Source of the DNA: Candidatus Heimdallarchaeota archaeon
GTDB taxonomy: Archaea; Asgardarchaeota; Heimdallarchaeia; Heimdallarchaeales; Heimdallarchaeaceae
Direction of reading: 5' to 3'
Assembly (NCBI GenBank): GCA_019057815.1
Contig: JAHLWR010000013.1
Span: forward strand, 1 to 64,000
DNA length: 64,000 nt
Shown here: positions 9,205 to 19,500 of the stretch, one piece after another
Layout: each line of letters begins with the position of its first letter
Numbering within the stretch: the first letter of the stretch is position 1
Position numbers and translations under genes: made by a program
Notes under the pieces: model-generated
Told to the model about the DNA's origin: nothing
The model's database searches: none
Seen by the model: only the letters and a program-made list of their open reading frames with translations

Positions 9205-10224
9205 ATGGTTGAAATAGAGAGAGATGAATATTGTGCATTCCATTTTACAAATAGATCAGATGGAACTTGTGCCAGTTGTGGACTTCCAATTTGCGCTTTA
9301 GATCAAAGCATAAGTCTTACTGGAGAAAAAATTTGTCAACTCTGCCAGAACATTACAAAAACTAAAAAAATCTCACGTTATTTTCAAATAGGTATGCTTG
9401 TGGTCGTTGTAGGTTTAGTTTTTCTAGTTTGGCAATTAACGAAGGGGTTAGAAAATGGTGGGTATTATATTTTCATTCCTCTTGTGTTAATGTTTATTTT
9501 TCCCTATTTCATTAGACCTTATCTTATGAGACTTTATTTCAGAGGTATAGAACCTAAAGAATCTGTTTTACCAATATTGCGTTACTTTGAAGCATCAGGT
9601 AGTCAAAATCATTTTAAGCTATTTAACAAATTTTTGAAGCAACTTACAGAAAGAGAGATAGATGAAATGAGAAAATCCCTCTTCTCATATCTCATTCCAG
9701 CTATAGCCTTTAATTTTTCCAAACTACCTGTAGATTGGGAAGTAGGATTATTAGAAAACTTAAAGATTTCATTTGAAGATTTCGCAAGGGAAATCGCAGA
9801 AAATTATCGAACTATTATAATACAGAGCGCAGTTCACAGTTCCCACACAAATATTTCCGAATTTATTTTCTATATAAGCGAAGTTGCAGAAAGTAAAGAT
9901 TTTCTTAAAGATTATATTATTGCAATTACATCGTCTGAGATTATTTCGTTAGGAGATGAAGAGTTGCAGACAATTTACGGAAAGCTACTTGAAGATTTAT
10001 ATCTATATGAAGAGAAATTTACCGAAATATGTGATGAACTAGGATTAAAAGAAGAAAAAGCAAAAATACAGTCTTTACTAGCAAGATATGTACCTCCTCC
10101 TGTCCCTAAAACTAGAATGGAATCAGTAATGAAACCAGAACAATTGCGTGAAAAACGAAGAAAAGAACAACAACAAAATGTGGAGTTAACATATACTGAA
10201 CCTAGAGATGGGGACAGAAGTTAA
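9205..10224 (+). CDS. B-box-like zinc finger membrane protein (2 TM, helical C-terminal domain)
   Basis: CAFH-x7-CASC-x4-C-x2-D-x9-CQLC, then two hydrophobic helices. Confidence 0.65.
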   Translation: MVEIERDEYCAFHFTNRSDGTCASCGLPICALDQSISLTGEKICQLCQNITKTKKISRYFQIGMLVVVVGLVFLVWQLTKGLENGGYYIFIPLVLMFIFPYFIRPYLMRLYFRGIEPKESVLPILRYFEASGSQNHFKLFNKFLKQLTEREIDEMRKSLFSYLIPAIAFNFSKLPVDWEVGLLENLKISFEDFAREIAENYRTIIIQSAVHSSHTNISEFIFYISEVAESKDFLKDYIIAITSSEIISLGDEELQTIYGKLLEDLYLYEEKFTEICDELGLKEEKAKIQSLLARYVPPPVPKTRMESVMKPEQLREKRRKEQQQNVELTYTEPRDGDRS

Positions 10225-10343
10225 GTTTAAAGAAGAGTAGTGCTTTATTTAATTTTCTAACAGAATCGAAACGAAAACTTGTTTTTTTCTCTATTTATGT
10301 TTAAAAAGGGAAAGGATTTATTTCAGTGCATTAATGTTCACAA

Positions 10344-10416
10344 GAATAACGGACATGATGAAGAATTACAACCGCTGATTTTATGATGAGCCTAGCTCAC
10401 ACTGATTCCGTTATTC
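10344..10416 (+). ncRNA. C/D box guide sRNA
   Basis: 10-bp terminal stem GAATAACGGA/TCCGTTATTC; C box ATGATGA 10355-10361; D' CTGA 10375-10378; C' ATGATGA 10383-10389; D CTGA 10402-10405; guides of 13 and 12 nt. Confidence 0.93.
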
Positions 10417-10486
10417 ACTAACTTTTACAGAAATCCTTAATAGAAATATTAATACTCATTTGTTATAGCCCGAATGGTTAGAACTT

Positions 10487-12106
10487 ATGCAATTGAAATC
10501 AGAAGAGAAAAACTTCAACCATTATATGTGGAAAACTTTTGGTGTTAGTTTACATATATTTTCAGTTGCTGTTTTTCTTGTTGGAATCGTATACCTATTA
10601 TGGTCTACAGTTATAATCATTAAGTCTACTAATGCCACAACTGTTGTACAAACCATCCTTAATTTCTTGGCTTTGTTTGTTGAAGTACTAGGAATTCTAT
10701 ATACAGTTATGCTCTTCAAACAAATGGGAACAACATGTAAATATCCACCTTCACAATCTAGATTATCTATCCCTAATTTGGAAGATCATCCTCTTGTAAG
10801 TATTATAATACCTATTCATGAACCAATTCCCGTGATTCTAACAGAGACTCTGGAATCTATTATAAAAAGCAATTACCCGAGAGAAAAAATGCAAATAATG
10901 CTAGCTGATGACACTATTTCATCATATCACTCTTTTAAAGAAATAAAAAATTTAGTAGAAAAATATGAAATTGAACATATTTATGACTCTTCTAATATAC
11001 TTTTTAAAGCAGGAATGCTAAACATCGCTTTAAAACACGTTAAATCTGATTTTGTTGTGTTTTTGGATTATGATCATATAGTAACACCTAATTTTTTGAT
11101 AAAATCTATAGATATACTTTTGACGAATAAAAAAGTAGCATTTGTTCAATCAAAAGTCAGTTTTCGAAACATCCAATCAAAACTTCAAGTCTGGGAAAGT
11201 GTTATGTATTCTCAGTTTTTCGAAGTATTTGCTAGAGCTAAAAATAGACGATCTACTGTTATATTTAATGGATCAACTGCATGTTTCCGAAAAGAAATTC
11301 TAGAAAAAACTGGAGGCATCCCTACTGCTACTTTCACAGAAGATGTTGACCTTACTATACAAATTCTAACTGAAGGTTATAAATCTATATTAATCGATGA
11401 TTATGGGAGTTTTGGGTTGGTTCCAGCAACTTTTTCACTCTTGCTCTCCCAGATATTAAGATGGGCAAAAGGAAGCATGCATGTTTTCAAAAAGAGGTGG
11501 TTAAAGATATTAAGAGCTAAAATTCCTTTAATTGACAAAATTGATTTATATTTTAATATTTCACTTTTCTTTATTGCTTCTTCCATGTATATAGCTACAT
11601 TTCTCTATATTATAATGTATTTTACAGAGAGCCAAGTTATTCGCTTACCGATGCAAGCATTTCCTCCACTAATTATTATGCCTATAGCTTTAGCTGTTTC
11701 CTATCAAATATCTGCTTTTATTGCAGTTGTGTTTGCCAGAAAAAGTGATCTAAAGAGCATGAAATTAATTGATCTTCTGTACTTTTTCGTTATTGCATTA
11801 GCCCTTAATCCTTTTACAGTTTATGCTGTAATCGTAACTCTATTCCGAAAGAGAGCTCCAAATAGAGAGCAAGATCAATGGAATGAGAAAATAGCTTATA
11901 TCCCCCTATCCTTTATAGTAACTGCTTTTGGTATTCTTTCTGTTGTTCTAGCTTACTTTGATTTTTTGGCTTCTGGAACATTGTGGTTAGCTCTTAGTAT
12001 GTTGGGTTTGTCTATGGTTGCGACATTCCCTGTATGTTTATATTTCCATTTCAAAACTTACAATAAAAAACCTTATTTGGCAGTAAAAGATATCGCAAAA
12101 CATTGA
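10487..12106 (+). CDS. Processive GT2 glycosyltransferase, cellulose-synthase-like
   Basis: DD, FKAGMLN, DYDH, FNGS, TED, QILRW motifs; flanking TM helices. Confidence 0.9.
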   Translation: MQLKSEEKNFNHYMWKTFGVSLHIFSVAVFLVGIVYLLWSTVIIIKSTNATTVVQTILNFLALFVEVLGILYTVMLFKQMGTTCKYPPSQSRLSIPNLEDHPLVSIIIPIHEPIPVILTETLESIIKSNYPREKMQIMLADDTISSYHSFKEIKNLVEKYEIEHIYDSSNILFKAGMLNIALKHVKSDFVVFLDYDHIVTPNFLIKSIDILLTNKKVAFVQSKVSFRNIQSKLQVWESVMYSQFFEVFARAKNRRSTVIFNGSTACFRKEILEKTGGIPTATFTEDVDLTIQILTEGYKSILIDDYGSFGLVPATFSLLLSQILRWAKGSMHVFKKRWLKILRAKIPLIDKIDLYFNISLFFIASSMYIATFLYIIMYFTESQVIRLPMQAFPPLIIMPIALAVSYQISAFIAVVFARKSDLKSMKLIDLLYFFVIALALNPFTVYAVIVTLFRKRAPNREQDQWNEKIAYIPLSFIVTAFGILSVVLAYFDFLASGTLWLALSMLGLSMVATFPVCLYFHFKTYNKKPYLAVKDIAKH

Positions 12107-12116
12107 GAGGTTACTG

Positions 12117-13796
12117 ATGAAGTGGAAGAAATTATTTTGGTATATTTTGACAATTCTACTTTTTATGTTCTTGGCTTACTATGCTATTCAAAGTATTAGG
12201 GAAATAATTACTGTCTATTCTTCAGATTACACTATTGGGGAAAAATTTTTAGGAATAATGGGTAATGTTTTTATTTTAATAATAGAACTGCTTTCCGCTT
12301 TCTATTCAATCTTTATTTATTATTATATTGGCTCATCTTCAACATATAAGATAATTAAAGACGAAAACAATCGGTTCTTACAGCAAGACCCTCTTCCATT
12401 TGTTGTAATAGCTCTACCTCTTTATAAGGAACCATTAGTGGTTGTTTCAAAAACAATTGATGGTGTTCTGAATCTTGACTATCCAAAAGACCGTTTTCAA
12501 GTTGTAGTCTGTGATGATAGCCCTGAAGGGTATTCTACAGACATAGAAGAGTACTGCAGAGAAAATGGTGTTAAGTATATCCAAAGAAAATCTAGAAAAG
12601 GCTTCAAAGCTGGAGCTTTAAATAACGCTCTTAAGCTAGTCGAATGTGATTTTTTTGGCATTTTAGATGCTGATCATATCCCTACACCCAATTTTATCAG
12701 AAGCTGTTTATCTGGTTTTACAAACGATAAAACCATGTTAGTTCAGGGAAGACCTTTGTTTGTAAATCAAGACAATTTTATGCAAAGAAGCAGCGCATAT
12801 ATCCACACCCAGTTCTTTCACGTTTATCAGAAAAGTAGGGGTACTCGAGGAGCAGCTATATTTGCAGGAACAACAGGAATTTTTAGAGCTGATCTTTTCA
12901 GAGAAAATGGAGGATTTTTAGAAGATACATTAGCAGAAGACACAGACACATCTTTTTACATGATGTCAAAAGGGTACAAGTTTCAGTATGTTAACGAGGT
13001 TTGCTCAAAGGGTCTTGTTCCTTGGGGTCCAATAAGCATGGTAAATCAAATATGGAGATGGACAAATGGTATCACTTCTATTTTGCGTAAACGTTTCTGG
13101 AAAATACTTAGAGGAAAAAACTCTTTGATCAACAAAGTTGACATATTCAGTTCTATATTTACACCAGTAATAGGTGTTACTATGTGGCTAGTTTATATTT
13201 TGCTACTAGTAATGTTTTATTTGGACAAATATGTAATGAATTTACCATTTGCTCGACCATCTCCAAGCAATATACCACTGTTACTCCTTGCGCCAGTGCT
13301 TATCTCTTTCGCGAGCCTTATCATGGCATTTATATCTTGGTTGCGCGAAGAAAAGGAAGATAAAATGATACGTTTACGTGGGTTTAAAGGGATGGTATGG
13401 ACCATTTCAGTTTTTTACTTATTGATACTTACAGCTCAATCATTTTTAGTTTGGGCTGTTTTGAGCGCGTTGTTTGGAGTGAAAAAAGATTTTGACAGAA
13501 CAATAAAAGAGAAACAGAAAACATTGGGCAGTATTAATCAAAAACTTAAGTATACACTTTGGTCGATTGGACTTTTGCTATTAGCTGTAGTTTTCTGCAT
13601 CGCAATCTATCATGCAATTATTGTAGGAAACGCTCTTTATGGTTGGTTCATTATGGCAGCTTTATCAGGTACTATCCCAATTATAATTGTAATTTTATAT
13701 TTTAAAGAAATAGAAGTATTCAAGCAATTTGCTTCGACAAAAACAGTAGTAGATGTGGAAAAAGAATATGAGGAACAATTAGATGACAGGAGTTGA
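12117..13796 (+). CDS. Processive GT2 glycosyltransferase, cellulose-synthase-like (second paralogue)
   Basis: CDDS, GFKAGALN, DADH, FAGT, AEDT, QIWRW motifs; TM helices. Confidence 0.9.
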   Translation: MKWKKLFWYILTILLFMFLAYYAIQSIREIITVYSSDYTIGEKFLGIMGNVFILIIELLSAFYSIFIYYYIGSSSTYKIIKDENNRFLQQDPLPFVVIALPLYKEPLVVVSKTIDGVLNLDYPKDRFQVVVCDDSPEGYSTDIEEYCRENGVKYIQRKSRKGFKAGALNNALKLVECDFFGILDADHIPTPNFIRSCLSGFTNDKTMLVQGRPLFVNQDNFMQRSSAYIHTQFFHVYQKSRGTRGAAIFAGTTGIFRADLFRENGGFLEDTLAEDTDTSFYMMSKGYKFQYVNEVCSKGLVPWGPISMVNQIWRWTNGITSILRKRFWKILRGKNSLINKVDIFSSIFTPVIGVTMWLVYILLLVMFYLDKYVMNLPFARPSPSNIPLLLLAPVLISFASLIMAFISWLREEKEDKMIRLRGFKGMVWTISVFYLLILTAQSFLVWAVLSALFGVKKDFDRTIKEKQKTLGSINQKLKYTLWSIGLLLLAVVFCIAIYHAIIVGNALYGWFIMAALSGTIPIIIVILYFKEIEVFKQFASTKTVVDVEKEYEEQLDDRS

Positions 13797-16554
13797 CATC
13801 AGGGTTTTTTTGCCCATTATATCTGTTCTTTCATTTGGTGCTTTAGAAGTAGATATACTAAAAAAGTGGATTTTAAAGATAAAGCACTCTGATTCATTGC
13901 TCGTTTATCTGTTAGAATCTCTTATCTTTGGAAGTGTAACATTAGTTGCACCTATGATTGGTTTAGCCTTAATTGCAAATCGGTACAATAAAACTATGCT
14001 TTTAGAAAGGTTTGTTTATATCTATTTTTTCATAGCTGTAGCATATCTGATATACAAGATTATTCTCTTCATAAGGAAAAAACTACCTGAGTTCGTTTTA
14101 TCGCCCAGAAAAAAACTTCATAAGTCTATGGAAATACTCGTCATTTTAGTTATCGTAGTGATGTTACTTGGTTATATAATTCAAGCTACGATCTATCCAT
14201 TAAGAGGGTGGGATTTCTTACATTTCTACCTCCCAAATTCCTTTCGGATATTTGTTACAGGGCAATTAGCAAAAATAAATGAGTTCAATTTCCTTCCTCA
14301 GTTCAAACCACCACTCAATGTGTTTTTGTATGCTTATGGGTTTTTTGTTACACAATCTGAAATGATTAATTATATTCCTATCTTGTTTCTTTTAGGATGT
14401 ACATACTTATGCTATAAGATTGCTAGATTAGAAGAGTTATCAAAAAGAACCTCCATAATCGCAACCGTAGCCTTTTTAGCCACTCCTTTTACTTATTTTT
14501 TAGTTTATGAATTTCAGTACTATCAAGAAGTATTTGTGCTATTTTTTACAGCAGCAGCATACTATGGTTTAAGGAGAATCCAGAAAAGCGAGAAAAAAAA
14601 GTCGCAAATATATTATGCACTAGTAACCTCAACTGCGCTTACTGGTTGTGTTTTAAGCAAAATAAGTGGCTATATTCTTCTTCTTGTGATTTTTATTTCG
14701 ATTCCATCGGATAAAATGGGTAAGATTCTGCGATCTGTAATAATATTAGGTTTAAGTGTTCAATTAGTAAGAAAATCGATTTTTGAAGTATATATCGGAA
14801 CAGGCATTTTTATTGCTCTTCTGTGCGTTTATTGTCTTTACTTAGTTATATCAAGTTCAACTCTTTCTTTTTCCATTTCACGGTGGATTATCACAATTTC
14901 TGTGTTTGCTATTCCATTATTTGCAGGTATAATGTGGGCGCTTCATATTCTTACTATCCCTGGTGTAGATACATTTCTTGTTGATCTTTACGTAAATTTG
15001 GGTAAACAAACGTTAAGTTTAGCATGGCCCGGAATCTCTTTACCAGAAACACAAACCTACCTAGAAAACGCTCAAAATGCAACTTTCTTAACCTCTTCTC
15101 TTTCAATTCTAATAGCTTCAATGTTTGCTGGAACGTGGTTTATATTTAAGATAGTTGGTTTCATAAAAGCAACTAAAAGACATAAAGAGCTTTTATTATG
15201 GCTAGTTTTCTTTTTTGCTATTTGGCAAGGTTTCTTTTCTTTAGGTTCAATCAGATACCTTTCTCCAATCTTAGTTCCTTTATCTATTGTTTTTGCTATA
15301 GGTATTGAAAGTGTAATTGATTTCTTCAATAAGCGGGATAATCAAAAACGTGATGGTTTTTTTGCAACACTGCTTCTAATAGGTTCAGCTTACCTTTTTC
15401 TTTACCCTTTCTTCCCATTTGAAATAATCTTTGAAGATTTTCATCTAAGATTATACCATGCACATACTCACATATTTTCATTAATAGGTTATGCAATTTT
15501 ATTCAACCTGTTAGTGCTGTTATTAATCTGGAAAGAAAAAGTACTCAAATTAAGTTTTCCAAAAGTATTTTCAAAAGGTTTCAATGTCCGAAAAATACTG
15601 ACTTGTTTTCTTGTAGTAATTGTAGCTTTTGTCCCCATTGGTGCACAAACTGGAATGCTCATTTCGACAAACTTTGACTTACAAACTTTCCAAGAAACCT
15701 ACTCTTGGGATGCTCGAAAGAACTATCAAGAACTTATCGACGCAATTAATGGCTTAGGGTATGCAGATAATCAGATTGTTCTCTCTCTGAACACGCCAGG
15801 GTTAGAATACTATACTTCTCAACCAGTAATTGATATGTTTATGTTAGGATTTATTGAAAGTTCGGGTTTCGCAAATACTTCATTCCCCCTTCGTACTCAA
15901 AATGTGACACATACAAACGATTTCTTCAGTAAATATGGGATTACGATTTTTGTAACATTGAACAGTAGTCATGAGTGGTATGACGTTTTTCTAACTGACT
16001 ATTATTGGGATTTTTTCATTTATAAGATGCTTTTCAACAGTAAATATTTTAAGTACAGATTTGGAAATGAGGAATTTATTCTTTTCACAATAAAAAACTC
16101 AGATGCCTTCATAGATGTTATTGATGTTCAACTAATGGGAGAGAATCACAGTGGTAGCCTTCTTGCAAGAAACCCTAATGATATTATTATAGAAAATAGT
16201 GCATCAATAGGTTTGGAATTAGATTTAACAGCTGTCCCCACTGTAGATCCTGTGCGCATAGAGGTAATCACAAAGTATTCCACATACACTAATGAAACTC
16301 CTGTATTCTTGGAAAATTCATATCTATTAAATTGTCCATCAGTGGAGCAATTTACTTATCTAGATTTACTTGAACTAGAGGAAGAAACAATTATTATTCA
16401 TTCAATTAGCGTTTCAATTGTTTACCAACATATTAATGGATATGAAGAAACAATAACTTCCTCCTTCTATTCTCTAATTGATCAGGGAGTAATAATATCG
16501 TACACTGGAATTTCATGGATATATGAAGGTTATAATGGTTTTGTTACATATTAG
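13783..16554 (+). CDS. Polytopic GT-C-fold (ArnT/PMT-like) glycosyltransferase with C-terminal extracellular domain
   Basis: More than 12 TM segments, loop motif PLRGWDFLHFYLP...KPPL, LSKISG, IRYLSP; overlaps the upstream GT2 gene by 14 nt. Confidence 0.7.
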   Translation: MTGVDIRVFLPIISVLSFGALEVDILKKWILKIKHSDSLLVYLLESLIFGSVTLVAPMIGLALIANRYNKTMLLERFVYIYFFIAVAYLIYKIILFIRKKLPEFVLSPRKKLHKSMEILVILVIVVMLLGYIIQATIYPLRGWDFLHFYLPNSFRIFVTGQLAKINEFNFLPQFKPPLNVFLYAYGFFVTQSEMINYIPILFLLGCTYLCYKIARLEELSKRTSIIATVAFLATPFTYFLVYEFQYYQEVFVLFFTAAAYYGLRRIQKSEKKKSQIYYALVTSTALTGCVLSKISGYILLLVIFISIPSDKMGKILRSVIILGLSVQLVRKSIFEVYIGTGIFIALLCVYCLYLVISSSTLSFSISRWIITISVFAIPLFAGIMWALHILTIPGVDTFLVDLYVNLGKQTLSLAWPGISLPETQTYLENAQNATFLTSSLSILIASMFAGTWFIFKIVGFIKATKRHKELLLWLVFFFAIWQGFFSLGSIRYLSPILVPLSIVFAIGIESVIDFFNKRDNQKRDGFFATLLLIGSAYLFLYPFFPFEIIFEDFHLRLYHAHTHIFSLIGYAILFNLLVLLLIWKEKVLKLSFPKVFSKGFNVRKILTCFLVVIVAFVPIGAQTGMLISTNFDLQTFQETYSWDARKNYQELIDAINGLGYADNQIVLSLNTPGLEYYTSQPVIDMFMLGFIESSGFANTSFPLRTQNVTHTNDFFSKYGITIFVTLNSSHEWYDVFLTDYYWDFFIYKMLFNSKYFKYRFGNEEFILFTIKNSDAFIDVIDVQLMGENHSGSLLARNPNDIIIENSASIGLELDLTAVPTVDPVRIEVITKYSTYTNETPVFLENSYLLNCPSVEQFTYLDLLELEEETIIIHSISVSIVYQHINGYEETITSSFYSLIDQGVIISYTGISWIYEGYNGFVTY

Positions 16555-16566
16555 ATATAAAAAACA

Positions 16567-19500
16567 TCATCTTCTAGTGTAAGCTATTCTCATCTTTTTT
16601 GTTTTACGAGCAATAAGGAAAGTAGAAACAAAAACAGCAAACATCATAAGAGCTAGATTTAACAAGAATATTTCCCAATTAGCATTTGGTGTGAAAGTAT
16701 GCCCAAAGAACACATTTTTGTTTGTTTTTGCTAAAATAATCAATACAGCTGCACCAAGACCATATCCTATAATTGATGCACCAACAGCTACTATAGCTAG
16801 TCTTGAGAATATGCTTATTATTGTGTGGAAATTGGTACCTCCTATGGTTTTAATAATCACTGTTTCCCTTCTACTTTCACTATACACATTTCTTAAAATT
16901 GTGAGCATATTTACAATTACAACTACCAAAATCAAGATTATTTCTGTATAAACTAAAGTATAGGTAAATAATAGTGAACCCTTTAGATAATAATCCATAT
17001 ATTCAAATGATAGCGAAATTAGAATGTCGAAGTCACCTATTGGTTTAAACGGTATTATAATGTATTGTGATTCTGATACGCTTCTAAGGACGATTTCAAT
17101 GTTGGCTATGCCGGGTTCGAAAATTCTTCTGAAAGTGACTAATTCTCCATTTTTCATCTCGACTGTAATATTAATATTTCCATAAGCTATGTGAAGTGAT
17201 ACACTAGATTTTAAGCCTGTAGAAGTTACTATTGTCCCTTCCAATAATGTATTAAATTCGATAGGCAGATTGTAAACTAAGGTTCCATTATCATACTTAA
17301 AACTGAATGTAATGTCTGTTTTAACAGAAGGAATATTAAAAATAACTGTTTGATTAAACAAGAAAACTTCAAATGGTAATGCTAAGATTTCATCATTTCT
17401 TGAAAAATAGCACACATATTCCCCAATCTCTATTACTGTTTGTACCATTCCATTTACATTGGTTCTCAATGACTGCAATCTTTGTCCATCATGATTCCTA
17501 ATTATACAGTATTGATTTCTTATTGGTGAATCAGAAAAATAATCTTTAACAAATATGGTTAAATTCGCAGTTCCAACAGTTATGGTCTCGCTCATGGTTT
17601 CAGCGCTATTTAATGTAAAACTGTGTGTCCTACTTTCATATGTGAAATTAACAAGGAAATCACCAGGTAATATCAAAAACTCTAGATTTCCATTGTCGTT
17701 TGTCTGCCCTTTCCATAGGGTTTTATTAAGGACACTTTGTATTGATATATTAAGATTTTTCACAGGCTGTGGACTTCCTGCATCCCATAATTGGAATGTC
17801 AAATTGAAAGGAACATAATCTAGTCCTGTTGTGAATCTATAAACAATTGTTTCGTAATTATAGTACGCATCTATCAAATAAAATGTTAGTTTATGTGTTT
17901 CTCCTGGTTTTGAAAAATTAAGTAAAACAGTCCCTGAATAAGTGTAAAGATCGGGTAAAGTGTCAAGTTTCAAATAAATTTCTGTTGCATCACTCTCCAA
18001 TATAAGAAACACATCAATTTCATTTTCTCCCTTATTAGGAGAAATAACTGTTAAAATTGGAGGTGTTGAGTCGACTAAGAAACTTATTTCTGATGTGCTA
18101 TTAGAAGAACCAATTAGATTAGTAAAGCAGTAATAATCGCCATCCATTAAAAACAAGGTTTGGCTGGAAGTTAAAGTGTAATTTACATCAAAATATGGAA
18201 ATTGAATGAAAAACTCTCCCTCATAACTGTCATTTATGAGTGAAGATTCAAAATATGAAACATTTAATCCTTCTGGGATAATGAAATTCCAAACTCTAGT
18301 TTTTGTATCCCAAAAAGTTAACCAGAATTTTACTGTTAATGTATAAGTTCCTGGGTGGAGATATAGTTTCATATTAGTTGTATAAGTTCCCGATTTATTT
18401 GTCACACCTAGAATTTTGTATGTAATAGTAAAACTTGGTTGAGAGCTTATTAGAAATAAATCGATAAAACTTTGATTAATAATACCGCTGTATTCATGTG
18501 AGAGGAAGAAGTCTATTGGCACTCCTGTGAAGTTTTCTACTTTAAAAGAGTACAACGATAAGTTTTGGTTACCTGAAAGGTCTTCTACTAATATTGCTAG
18601 TGTATGGTTTCCATTTAATTCAGGAACGAGAATCTTATTTTCATATGCTTTTGAAAATATGTTATCATCCCAAGAGAAACTTAATTTCGAGAAATTTTCA
18701 TTATAATAACAATTGATAATACTTCCAGAGTTGACAACTGAATTGTTCAAAACATCTAAAAATATCAGTGGAGGAGTGTTATCTATTTTTATTTCATATG
18801 TCTTGTTAAACCATTCTGTAGAATCCTTACCAGCTAGAGTTAAAATATGAATGCCATCACTCAAACCTTGTGCTAAGATTTCATTATTATTTGTTAATTC
18901 TTGTTCAGTGTTGTTATCCCAGTAAAAGAAAATCTCTTCAAATGAATTATCATGCCATATTTTTATGGTGTCATTATTTTTTAGACATTTATTTGATTGC
19001 ATTCCTAAGACGCCTAATTTTTCAGGGTTATCAGTAACGCTGAAATAATATACCCATTCCTTATTGACTGTTCCAAAAGACGCGTGTAGAAATAGTTTAT
19101 GTAATCCTATTTCAGATGGTACGTGAATATATTGATTCATAACATTCCATTCTGTTTTGTCCCACTTGTACATAACATCCTGAGAAAATTGTATTGATGT
19201 GTTTACAACAATCAAAGTATTAGGTCTCAACTGAGTCCCATTCATTGCATTGTAAAATATACCCATTTTTGTAAAATCATCAGTAACGGTAAAATGAACT
19301 TCCGCTGTCCCATAATTTTTTTCTTTTCCTTCTCTCCAATTATAATCTGAATTAAACACGATTACTGTGAGCGAATGTTCTCCATTCTCAAAGGGTACTA
19401 TAAATTTTGTGGGTTTGATTTCTCCTTCCTCTGCTCTAAAATACTCATGAACATCTAGAGTATTACCATCTATATAATAGAAAATAGAATATCCTTGAGT

